A stretch of 64,000 bases of DNA from Candidatus Sericytochromatia bacterium (lineage in GTDB: Bacteria > Cyanobacteriota > Sericytochromatia > S15B-MN24 > VGJW01), in contig JAYKHS010000011.1 of assembly GCA_035285865.1 (NCBI GenBank), positions 96,001-160,000 of the forward strand, read 5' to 3'. Numbering within the stretch: position 1 is the stretch's first letter; each line of letters opens with the position of its first letter. The notes beneath the pieces were generated by a model. The model saw only the letters and a program-made list of their open reading frames with translations. It had not been told where the DNA came from and did no database searches. The position numbers were made by a program, and so were the translations under genes. Below are positions 1 to 8,443 of this stretch, piece after piece.

Positions 1-1
1 G

Positions 2-541
2 GCCGAGTTCAACGAGATCGTCGTTCGCGTCGGCGACGCCACGAATCCGGCCCTGCTCGCCGAGGCCAACAGGATTCAGGCCGACGTGGTCATCGCTGCG
101 TGCGGCCGGGATCAGGACAACTACGCCATCTGCAAGATGGCACGCAAGCTCTTCGACATTCCCAAGTGCGTGGCGCGTGTGAACGACCCGCGCAACGAGA
201 CGCTCTTCAAGCTGGCAGGTGTCGACCACACCATCTCCGTCACCACGATGGTCACCAACGCCATCGAAACTCAGATTATCCCGGCGGAGCTGACCAATCT
301 CTTCACGTGGCACGAGCGCATGGCCATGGTCGAGATCGAGTTGTCCGAGCACAGTCCGGTCGTCGGGACCCGGATCCGCAAGCTCGACTTCCCGCCGGGC
401 TCAATTCTTGCCGCCATCTGGCGGAACAACGGCCCGCTCATCCCGGATGGCGAAACGGAACTTCGGGCGGGTGACGAGATCTTTGCCGTGACGATGAAGG
501 CACAGCAGGACGAACTGCGCCGCATGCTCCTGGGGCACTAG
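2..541 (+). CDS. trkA: TrkA/KtrA-family potassium uptake NAD-binding protein (RCK-N + RCK-C), 5' truncated by the window edge
   Basis: Frame open from base 2 (VGDATNPALLAEANRIQADVVIAACGRDQDN), then VARVNDPRN and a TrkA-C motif (SPVVGTRIRKLDFP...IPDGETELRAGDEI). Confidence 0.9.
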   Translation, partial: AEFNEIVVRVGDATNPALLAEANRIQADVVIAACGRDQDNYAICKMARKLFDIPKCVARVNDPRNETLFKLAGVDHTISVTTMVTNAIETQIIPAELTNLFTWHERMAMVEIELSEHSPVVGTRIRKLDFPPGSILAAIWRNNGPLIPDGETELRAGDEIFAVTMKAQQDELRRMLLGH

Positions 542-543
542 AC

Positions 544-2544
544 ATGGCTTCGGTCACGGTAGCCGCCAGATCCGCACATTCGGGCGGTCACCTGAAGTGG
601 TGGTTGGCAGCCGGTCTCGTCGGTGCCGACATCGGCACTTCCGTCTTCTACTCGACGGGCATTCTCCTGCCCCACGTCGGCTTCGCTGCCCCGCTTTTCA
701 TCCTGCTGGTCGTCATCAGCATGTGGCTGTTCAAAGCCACTTACCAGGAGGGCTGCAGCGTCAATCCGGTCAATGGCGGCGCCTACGCCATGGTCCTCGG
801 CTCGATCGGGAGAAGGGCTGCACTGGGGATCGGTTCGCTCACCCTGCTGTCCTACCTTGCCACGGCCGTGGTCAGTGCACTTTCCGGGGCCTACTACCTC
901 GGCTCACTTTGGGGCCATCACCCCTCCAAGCTCTTCGTGGTGCTGGTGGCCGCCTTGCCCGTAATCTTCTTCGGCCTGCTCAATCTGGTGGGCCTGAGGG
1001 AATCCACCCGGGTCGTGCTGGTCATCTCGGCCTTTCATTTCCTGATGTTGCTGGCCATGGACGCGTGGGGCATCGGCATGCTCGTGACGCAAGGCCTCGA
1101 CTGGCAGCGTTTCATCGACGGTGCAGCAGGCTTCCCGGGCCTCTCCGACCTGGCGCCGATGGGCATCATGCTGGGATTTGCCGGAGCGTTCCTCGGCATC
1201 ACGGGTTTCGAGTCGGCCGCCCAGATCGTCGAGGAGCTCGAGCGGCCCATCCACGAGGCCGTACGCAAGGTCTACGTGACCATCGTGGCCCTCGTCAGCA
1301 TCACCTCGCCCCTATCGGCCTTCCTCGCCCTCGCACTGGTGCCCACGGATCGGGTGGCCGGTGGCAAGGAGTTCCTGATGTCCGAGTTAGCGCGGGTCCA
1401 GGGCGGACAAACCCTGGTCCTGCTGCTGGTCATCAATGCCATGCTGACGCTGTTCGCTGCGGTCAACACCGCCTATGCAGGGGCAACCGGACTGATGACG
1501 ACCATGGCACAGCAGGGCAACCTGCCCGACATCGTCGGGCGACGCTGGACGGATCGCCACCCGGCACTGAAGGGTTATCCCTATGTGGCCTTGCCGTTCA
1601 TGGCCATCAGCCTCCTGATGCTGCTGGCCTTCCCCGGCCAGGTGGAGACCTTGGGCGACATCTACGGACTGGCCTTCCTGGGCGTGATGATCTCCTACTG
1701 CGCCGGCGTGGTGCTCACGCGCCTGAACTACCCCAACAAAATCGCCAAGTCTCCGTACCTGAATCGCTGGACTGTCGTCATCGGCGGCCGCACGCTGCCT
1801 TTGGCTCCTATCGTCGGCGGGGCCCTGCTGCTGGTGGCCGAGGTCGTCCTGATCGTGACGAAGAGCGAGGCAAGAAATCTGGGCAGTCAAATCCTGCTTG
1901 GCACCATGCTGATCATGGCCTTGTATCGTCTCGGCAAGGTCGAGGTCCGCATGGTCCAGCTGCCGGACCTGCGGCTGGGCATGGGGCAGCTGCATCAGGC
2001 GAAGGATCTCCCTGCGGATTTGCCACGCATCGCCATCTGCATCTCGGATACCGAACCGATGAGGCTGGTCAACCTGCTCACCTACCTGCTGCATCGTCAC
2101 GCCGAAGACCGAGCGATCGAACTCGTCATGTTCCACGCCCAGACGGCCGACGAGCCCGCAACCGTCTATGAGGCGCTCGAGCGCTTCATCTCGCAACATC
2201 TCGAGGAGTTCGATCTTTTCAACAACTTCGTGTTCGTCCTGACGGCCAAAGTTCTGCCAGGGAATCTGATCGAGGTGTTGCCCGAGTACCTGAAGAGTCA
2301 GCCCGAGGGGTCCTTTGAGGTCGTTTACATCGGCACCGGCAAGGACGCAACTTCCAGCGAGACGCTTCGTGAACACCTCTCCGGCGAAGTCGCCATCGTC
2401 GTCGAACGCATCGACGAGGCCAAGGTCCCGACGGGACCGGGCATCTGGTTCACGCAATGGTCCAAGGACCGAGCAAACTGGGGGCGGTTTCGCGGCACGG
2501 GTGACCTCGGTGCCCAGGGCTTCGACCCGGACAGGAGTTCCTGA
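544..2544 (+). CDS. APC-superfamily permease with cytoplasmic C-terminal domain (KimA-like candidate K+ transporter)
   Basis: About 12 hydrophobic segments; GADIGTSVFY, NGGAY and TGFESAA APC motifs; starts 2 nt after the trkA stop. Confidence 0.8.
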   Translation: MASVTVAARSAHSGGHLKWWLAAGLVGADIGTSVFYSTGILLPHVGFAAPLFILLVVISMWLFKATYQEGCSVNPVNGGAYAMVLGSIGRRAALGIGSLTLLSYLATAVVSALSGAYYLGSLWGHHPSKLFVVLVAALPVIFFGLLNLVGLRESTRVVLVISAFHFLMLLAMDAWGIGMLVTQGLDWQRFIDGAAGFPGLSDLAPMGIMLGFAGAFLGITGFESAAQIVEELERPIHEAVRKVYVTIVALVSITSPLSAFLALALVPTDRVAGGKEFLMSELARVQGGQTLVLLLVINAMLTLFAAVNTAYAGATGLMTTMAQQGNLPDIVGRRWTDRHPALKGYPYVALPFMAISLLMLLAFPGQVETLGDIYGLAFLGVMISYCAGVVLTRLNYPNKIAKSPYLNRWTVVIGGRTLPLAPIVGGALLLVAEVVLIVTKSEARNLGSQILLGTMLIMALYRLGKVEVRMVQLPDLRLGMGQLHQAKDLPADLPRIAICISDTEPMRLVNLLTYLLHRHAEDRAIELVMFHAQTADEPATVYEALERFISQHLEEFDLFNNFVFVLTAKVLPGNLIEVLPEYLKSQPEGSFEVVYIGTGKDATSSETLREHLSGEVAIVVERIDEAKVPTGPGIWFTQWSKDRANWGRFRGTGDLGAQGFDPDRSS

Positions 2545-2574
2545 CAGCTGTCCGGGTGCCAGCAAACAGACGAG

Positions 2575-2603
2575 GAAGCCCCCGCAAGACTTGCGGGGGC
2601 TTC
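2575..2603. terminator. Inverted repeat between convergent genes, probable bidirectional terminator
   Basis: GAAGCCCCCGCAAG-A-CTTGCGGGGGCTTC, perfect 14-bp inverted repeat. Confidence 0.75.
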
Positions 2604-2627
2604 AAGTGCACGCGGGCGCAACGAGGC

Positions 2628-3125
2628 CTAGTGGTGGCCGCCGTGTCCCTCGTGCTTGGCGCCGTCGCCGTGATGCTCGGCATGGCCCTCGTGATGATCG
2701 TGATGGGTGGCCTTCACGATAGCTTCGAACGCCCCATGAACGTGGTCAAGCGCTGCGATCATCTCTTTGTCACCCTTCTTGGAGGCCGCCTCGAGATCCT
2801 TCACGGACTTCACCAGATCTCCGCAGGCCTTGACACACTGCTCCTCGGTCATCTTGCATGCTGCCACCTCGGCAGCATGCTTCTGGAGGGCCGGGATGGC
2901 CGCACGGATGGCCTTGAGGTCCTTCTTCGGCAGGGCGTCATGGAACACGGGGTGAAGCACGTCATGGAAGGCCTCGAGTGCCTTGGCCATCGGCTCAGCG
3001 TGTCCGGCATCATGTGCCGCGTGGGCAGCATCCTTGGTGGCGTGCTCGTGGCCGTTGGCCCAGGCAGCGGGACTGGTCACCAGTCCGAGAACCGTCGCAG
3101 CGAACAACATGCGGCTGAGCTTCAT
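2628..3125 (-). CDS. Secreted His-rich helical protein, putative metal-binding
   Basis: AGGAG before ATG 3125; signal peptide ending AWA; HDVLHPVFH, CVKAC and a His-rich tail. Confidence 0.75.
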   Translation of the reverse strand: MKLSRMLFAATVLGLVTSPAAWANGHEHATKDAAHAAHDAGHAEPMAKALEAFHDVLHPVFHDALPKKDLKAIRAAIPALQKHAAEVAACKMTEEQCVKACGDLVKSVKDLEAASKKGDKEMIAALDHVHGAFEAIVKATHHDHHEGHAEHHGDGAKHEGHGGHH

Positions 3126-3254
3126 GGATCGTCTCCTGCAGGATGGAAGCGTGTGCGGGCTCCGCAGCTGTATCGCGACGGACCCGAGGTCATGGTACAC
3201 CCGTCCGCCGCCGCGTGGCCGTGTTAGGATGACGCCAGTGGAGGTGCCATCCGC

Positions 3255-3506
3255 ATGCAAGCCCGTCGCTCGTCCTCTCCTTCCGTCGTACCGGACGTCG
3301 GTGCAGGCTCAGCCCGTCGCCAGCAACCGGTCGAATACAAGGTTCTCGCAGAGCTGCCCGAGCCCCTGGAAGCCGGCCTCAATTCGCTTGGTGATGAAGG
3401 TTGGCAACTGGTGGCCACGGTACCTGCCTTCATCTTCCGGCGTCCGAAGATCGAAGATGGCGACGGCCTGCGGGCTCGGGTCGGTTTCGCAGCCCCAAGG
3501 GACTGA
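3255..3506 (+). CDS. DUF4177-like small protein
   Basis: EYKV...LNSLGDEGWQLVA...FRRP pattern; GGAGGTG SD; TGnTAGGAT extended -10 near 3222-3230. Confidence 0.7.
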   Translation: MQARRSSSPSVVPDVGAGSARRQQPVEYKVLAELPEPLEAGLNSLGDEGWQLVATVPAFIFRRPKIEDGDGLRARVGFAAPRD

Positions 3507-3517
3507 GCCTCCCCGCC

Positions 3518-4120
3518 ATGGCTGAAGGGCCCCGCGAGACTCGGCCTCTGGGTACTTCCGGTCCGGCCGGCGGCGATGCTTGGGTATCGTCCCGCGGCGG
3601 GCGTTCCACCGAGCGTCGTTTGTCGTCGACAGGTGGCGAACGGCTGCGGAATGAGCTGGTGGCTGCGCTTGAAGAGGCCGTTGACGAGGCCTCGGAGGTC
3701 ATTGCGCGCTACGACCGCGGCGTCGGGATTCTGGGATCGCTGGAGCTGGAGGGAGCCAGCGCACGGGAACGCAGCATCGCGCTGCATCAGTTCGAGGAAG
3801 CCATTCGCCTCCGTGACGAAGCGCGGTCCCTGTTGACGAGGATGGACAGCCTTTCACCTGTCGAAGCACTCGATGCCCTTGATCGCTGCCCTCCCGCTCG
3901 CCTGCTGGGTGCCCTGCATCCCTTGCACGGTTTCCACGACCACTTCTTCACCATCGCCGGATGCGCAGGCCTGTTCCCTCCACCTCGACCCGGGGAAGGG
4001 GGAGGCATCGGCACGCGACGCCTGCGGGCGGCGCTACAGCCCGCAGGCTCTGCCGAGCCTGCCGATTCACACCCCCCTCCGGGCATCTGGGCCCGCCTTC
4101 GTCGCTGGCTCGGGGGTTGA
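3518..4120 (+). CDS. Hypothetical protein
   Basis: ATG 11 nt after the DUF4177-like stop; helical core; ends GIWARLRRWLGG. Confidence 0.5.
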   Translation: MAEGPRETRPLGTSGPAGGDAWVSSRGGRSTERRLSSTGGERLRNELVAALEEAVDEASEVIARYDRGVGILGSLELEGASARERSIALHQFEEAIRLRDEARSLLTRMDSLSPVEALDALDRCPPARLLGALHPLHGFHDHFFTIAGCAGLFPPPRPGEGGGIGTRRLRAALQPAGSAEPADSHPPPGIWARLRRWLGG

Positions 4121-4146
4121 ATGGGCTGCGACACGATCCGCTGACG

Positions 4147-5193
4147 TCAGGCGATGACGATGCGACCGCTTCCGGACACCACTTCCCCAATCGGCCAGCC
4201 GATAGCCCCACGATGGGCAAGTGCGGACAAGAACGAACCGGCGGCATCCTTGGGGAGTGCCACAAGCAAACCTCCGGAGGTCTGGGGATCGGATAGCACG
4301 GCAAGCACGCGGTCGGCTTCGGCAACCGCTACCTCGAGACGGTCGCCCAACGCTGCGAGGTTGCGCCGACCGCCTCCGGTACCGGACCAGCGGTCCATTA
4401 CCGCCGGGACCAACGTCATGACCGGCACTCCCTCCCAGTCCAGCCGAACGTCACAGGCCGAATCGGGAAACATCTCGCGCAGGTGCCCCAACAAGCCGTA
4501 ACCCGTCACGTCGGTCACCGCGTGGACCTGGAGATCTGCAAGGGCCTCGGCAGCCGTCCTGTTCGCCGTCTTCATCCAACGCAGCGGTTCCTCGAGGTCG
4601 GAATCTTCAATCAGATCTCTCATCCTTGCGCCTGTCAGCAGGCCGCTGCCAAGAGGCTTGGTCAGAATCAGCACGTCGCCGGGCACGGCTCCCACATTGC
4701 GCCAGACATGGGCCGGGTCCACCACACCTGTGACGGAGAGTCCGAAACGCGGCACATCCTCGTCCGTGGTGTGCCCCCCCAGAACGGCGACGCCGTGGGC
4801 TGCACAGACTTCCATGCTTCCGGCGAGGATCGCTCCCGCCAAACTGACATCCAAGTCATCGAATGGGAATCCCAGCAAGTTCAGGGCCGTCCGCGGCACC
4901 CCACCCATGGCCCAGACATCCGACAGCGCGTTGGTCGCCGCGATCCGCCCGAAGTCCCCCGGGTCATCAACCATCGGCGGAAAAAAGTCGACTGTCTGAA
5001 CCAAGGCGAGGTCGTCGCGCAGCAGGTAGACCCCGCCGTCGTCTGAGGTGGTGTAATCCACCAGCACACGCGGATCCCGGGGTACCGAAAGCTGTCCCAG
5101 AACCTGGGACAGGGCCGAAGGGCCAGCCTTGGCCGCTCAGCCACCGCTCGTCGCGAGCCGCGTCAGCCGAATGCGGTCTGCATCGCTAGCCAT
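4147..5193 (-). CDS. selD: Selenide, water dikinase SelD, selenocysteine-containing (UGA at codon 19)
   Basis: Reading through TGA (5137-5139) gives MASDADRIRLTRLATSGG-U-AAKAGP...; QTVDFF, NALSDVWAMGG, GGHT, TDVTGYGLLGHL and DPQTSGGLL motifs. Confidence 0.95.
5092..5112 (-). promoter_or_regulatory. Putative bacterial SECIS element of selD
   Basis: CUGUCCCAG-GUU-CUGGGACAG, perfect 9-bp stem with a G-first loop 33 nt downstream of the UGA. Confidence 0.7.
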
Positions 5194-5201
5194 GCCGCAG
5201 T

Positions 5202-5522
5202 CTAGCACGCACGACCAGCGAGGACGCGATCAAGCGCGGATCGCGCACAGGCCTCGAGGCCGGCCTCCCGGGCCGCGGCGAAAAGCTCGCCGCGAACGTG
5301 CGGACCGTAGGCGAGTACGCGCCACCCGGCATCACGGGCTGCGCAGGCGAGTTCGAGCGCGTTCGGTTCGAGCAGATCGACGATGAACCAAGAATTCTCC
5401 GATGAAGGGAGGCCGGCCGGTACCTCGTGCCAGTGCCTGGCATCCAGCCCCAGGCCAGCAGCCATGGCCTCGATGCGACCCAACTCGAAGTAGTCCCTAC
5501 AGAGATGTGCCAACAAGGGCAT
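5202..5522 (-). CDS. Small receiver-domain-like protein (degenerate)
   Basis: AGGAG before ATG 5522; WFIVDL...VLAYGPHV...AAAREAG resembles a flavodoxin/REC fold. Confidence 0.6.
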   Translation of the reverse strand: MPLLAHLCRDYFELGRIEAMAAGLGLDARHWHEVPAGLPSSENSWFIVDLLEPNALELACAARDAGWRVLAYGPHVRGELFAAAREAGLEACARSALDRVLAGRAC

Positions 5523-7815
5523 GCGTGCTCTCCTCGGCCGGCAGATCCAGCCACTGCTCTTCCGTTCGCGCCAGATGACGCGGCCGGATCGGATCGGGAC
5601 ACCACTGGATTGGCGGCAACAGCACGTGCCCACCCGAGCCCGCAGAGGCGTCCCAAACCAGACGATGGCGGCCTGCGGTAACGTAAGGCAGGCGCACCTC
5701 GAAGCTGCCCGATGCCAACTGGCGCACAACCAGATGCCGCTGGCCGAGTCTGACCCGAGGTGCCCCGCCCCCGGTCCAGGAGGTCCAGAGCAGCCGACCA
5801 GCCGGCAATTTTCGCGTGACTTGCCACATCAGCTCCCCGGTGACGCGTCGGCCAGAATACCGAGGCGCATCGGCGTGGCGCAGGGAACCTTCAGGCAGTG
5901 GGGTCGCCGGTCGCGAGTCCCCCCGGACATCTGCCTGCCAGACTACCGTGAGGCTGCCCGAATCCCATCCAGGGGCGCTGCCGACCTCCAACACATGTCG
6001 CGCTGGCTTGAGGCGACTGCCGACCAACTGCCAATGACGAGCCCCTCGAGATGGTCGCCCCGGGCCAAGCGCAACGCCGTCGAGCCAGAGGCCAGGTGGG
6101 GCGGCACTCGCGGCCATTGCCGGCACTCGGGCCTGCAGGGCCGCGAGGGCGTTCAGCACGGCAGCCGTCTGGACCGGTGTTTCCCAAGCCGGGCCAAGGC
6201 GCTGCTGGTCCAGCCAGCGGTAACCCGCAAGCAGGGCACCTGGCTCGACCCCGACGTCCAGCAGACCCTCCAGGGCCTCGGCCGTCACGGTCACCCCGCC
6301 ATCCCAGTACAGGAGGCCCGAAGCATTACCCTTTCGACGCGTCCAGAGATGGCGCGCCGCCTGCGTCGCTCTCGGGTGGCCCCAGGCTTGGGCCGCGCGC
6401 AGCACATGCAGCAGGTCCTGTTCACGAGTCCCCTGCGGTGGCGGCCACGATGCGGCGAACCACCCGGGCATAGGCACGCCTGAGACCGCAAGCACTTCGG
6501 CTTGCAAGGCTCGTCCGGCAAAGTCCCGAGGAGGTGAGGGGAACCGCGGAAGGACCGGCAACAGTGGCCCGACGAGCGGCTGCATCTGCCCACGGGCAAC
6601 GGCCTCGAGCTCCCCGGGCTTCCAGCCTGGCGGCACCGTGCCGGGCCAACCTCGAGGCAAGTCGACCCATGGGAGACGGCGCTTCAATCGAGCAAGCTGC
6701 ACCACCGTGGCTGCCCGAAGTTCCGGTGTCACCTCGTCAGCGCGAGCAAGCGCCCCGAGGGCTGGAAGGAAACCACCCCACGGATTCGCCGTAGCCAGTA
6801 CCTCAAGGCGCAAGGAACCCGGAACGACATCCCCCGGAAAGGCCACCTCGACCCTGGACGAACGTCCCGGCGGCAGAACCGCGCGACGTCCGAATCTGCG
6901 CCGCTGCCCCTCAACGCGCATCGAACGCTCGGATCGCCAGGACGGCAGCACCCCGTCAAGGCACCAGGCAAGTCGGTGCTCACCGGCCGCAAGCGCTGGA
7001 ATCTCCAGGCTACCCGTCAGTCGGGCGAAAGGTGGAATCGTACAGAAGCTCGTGTCAGCAAGCGGATTAGACCGCAATTCGGCCCCGGCCATGCGAACCG
7101 ACAGACGAAAGCGCGCGGGATCGGGCCCGGGATTGAGGACGGCCCAGGGCACCAGCGGGCGTTCCCCGTAACGCACGGCACGCGGTGCCCTGACCGTCAC
7201 GGAGCAGGTCGCCGCATCCGGTGCTACGGACTTCACGTCTCGGACATCTCCGGCACCGGCAAACCAGCCCGGTCGAGACCAAGGCCAGCGAAGGACCTGT
7301 TCCACCTGACCGGCATCGGCAGAAGGGGGGACAGTGATGCGATCCTCAAGCTGCCCGGCCCTGAGGCGAAGGTCCCGCGCTCGGCTTGCAGGCGGCCAGG
7401 CGATTCGGCCGTCGCGAATCAGGACAACGCCACTTTCTCGCCCCGGAGGCTCGGTCCACCACGCAAGCCCTGAGCCGACCGGGGTTCCGTCCACGCGACG
7501 CACCCACAAGCCTCCGACAGCAGGATGAACGCGCAAGGTTGCTGTCCGGCGCGCGTCGGCGCCGATTGGCCAGATTCCCGGGACTCCGGTACCCACCCAG
7601 TGCGAGCCGCCCTGCGATCGCAGCAGCTCCGTTCCGGTCGGCAAGCCCCTTAGCACCTGCCCGGAAAGGACACTCCGCGCGCGCGACTCCCACGACAAGG
7701 TGACCGTCTCGCGGGCGGACCATTCGGGAGCGGACGCGAACGCCCAAGTACCCGCCACCGTCAGGACCAGAGGGATCACGGCGGCGGCTGGGCGATTGAG
7801 GGCTGACTTTGACAC
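5497..7815 (-). CDS. Divergent alpha-2-macroglobulin-like exported protein (start uncertain; ORF open to 7974)
   Basis: Signal-like N-terminus; A2M-like segments PRAVRYGE, VTVTAEAL and WLDQQRLGPAWETPVQTAAVLNAL; no CxEQ thioester. Confidence 0.5.
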   Translation of the reverse strand: MSKSALNRPAAAVIPLVLTVAGTWAFASAPEWSARETVTLSWESRARSVLSGQVLRGLPTGTELLRSQGGSHWVGTGVPGIWPIGADARRTATLRVHPAVGGLWVRRVDGTPVGSGLAWWTEPPGRESGVVLIRDGRIAWPPASRARDLRLRAGQLEDRITVPPSADAGQVEQVLRWPWSRPGWFAGAGDVRDVKSVAPDAATCSVTVRAPRAVRYGERPLVPWAVLNPGPDPARFRLSVRMAGAELRSNPLADTSFCTIPPFARLTGSLEIPALAAGEHRLAWCLDGVLPSWRSERSMRVEGQRRRFGRRAVLPPGRSSRVEVAFPGDVVPGSLRLEVLATANPWGGFLPALGALARADEVTPELRAATVVQLARLKRRLPWVDLPRGWPGTVPPGWKPGELEAVARGQMQPLVGPLLPVLPRFPSPPRDFAGRALQAEVLAVSGVPMPGWFAASWPPPQGTREQDLLHVLRAAQAWGHPRATQAARHLWTRRKGNASGLLYWDGGVTVTAEALEGLLDVGVEPGALLAGYRWLDQQRLGPAWETPVQTAAVLNALAALQARVPAMAASAAPPGLWLDGVALGPGRPSRGARHWQLVGSRLKPARHVLEVGSAPGWDSGSLTVVWQADVRGDSRPATPLPEGSLRHADAPRYSGRRVTGELMWQVTRKLPAGRLLWTSWTGGGAPRVRLGQRHLVVRQLASGSFEVRLPYVTAGRHRLVWDASAGSGGHVLLPPIQWCPDPIRPRHLARTEEQWLDLPAEESTHALVGTSL

Positions 7816-8294
7816 GGCAGTGGCCAGGGACGCACCACCACCATCGTACGGGAAAGCGGAGACGATTGGCCCTGCGACCCGGATGCGTGATATCTGGCCT
7901 CGAACATCGTGAGTGGCCCGATGCGCCACTCCGTTCCCTCGGTCCAATGCAGCAACCGATCGCCCTCGACCCACGCGTCACTCAGACCCGCTTCGGCGGG
8001 AGAATGCGACGTGCGACGAACAGCCCCATCCCAACAACCGAGCGCCTCGCCCAGCATGCCGACGGCACCAGTCGCATCCCCTTCGCCGACCAGCCAGAGT
8101 CGGTCGGCCCAACCGTCCACGGGACGACCGCGGGCGTCTCTGCCCGGGACGAAGAGTCGCCAACCGACAAGGCCCGGTAGCCGGAACTCCAGCACCGGCC
8201 ACGGGTAGCCCGCAGGTGGGGGAGCCGCACCGACGCGCTCCTCCAGCACCTGGACAGGGGGGCCGGACACGACGACATGCGGTTCCGCTTGCAT
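7776..8294 (-). CDS. Hypothetical protein
   Basis: ORF from ATG 8294 fills the gap before the A2M-like gene; no recognised motif. Confidence 0.4.
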   Translation of the reverse strand: MQAEPHVVVSGPPVQVLEERVGAAPPPAGYPWPVLEFRLPGLVGWRLFVPGRDARGRPVDGWADRLWLVGEGDATGAVGMLGEALGCWDGAVRRTSHSPAEAGLSDAWVEGDRLLHWTEGTEWRIGPLTMFEARYHASGSQGQSSPLSRTMVVVRPWPLPCQSQPSIAQPPP

Positions 8295-8378
8295 GCCGCA
8301 ATCGTGTTGCAAGTCCCGCAACCCGTGGACGGCCGTTCGGAACGAGGGGCCCTGTTCCCCTCCAACGTGGTTGAACCT

Positions 8379-8407
8379 TTGCCGCTCCGGGTAGGCCGTG
8401 CTAGGAT
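8379..8407 (+). promoter_or_regulatory. Sigma70-type promoter for the kinase-DGC gene
   Basis: TTGCCG-N17-TAGGAT with extended -10 TG at 8399-8400, 36 nt upstream of ATG 8444. Confidence 0.55.
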
Positions 8408-8443
8408 GCCCACTGTTGGCCTTGTGCCATCCTCCACCCGTAG

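Noticed and set aside
4147..5067. selD as a 306-aa gene or a nonsense pseudogene
   Set aside because: The conserved N-terminus continues through a UGA at the catalytic site, with a SECIS-like hairpin downstream.
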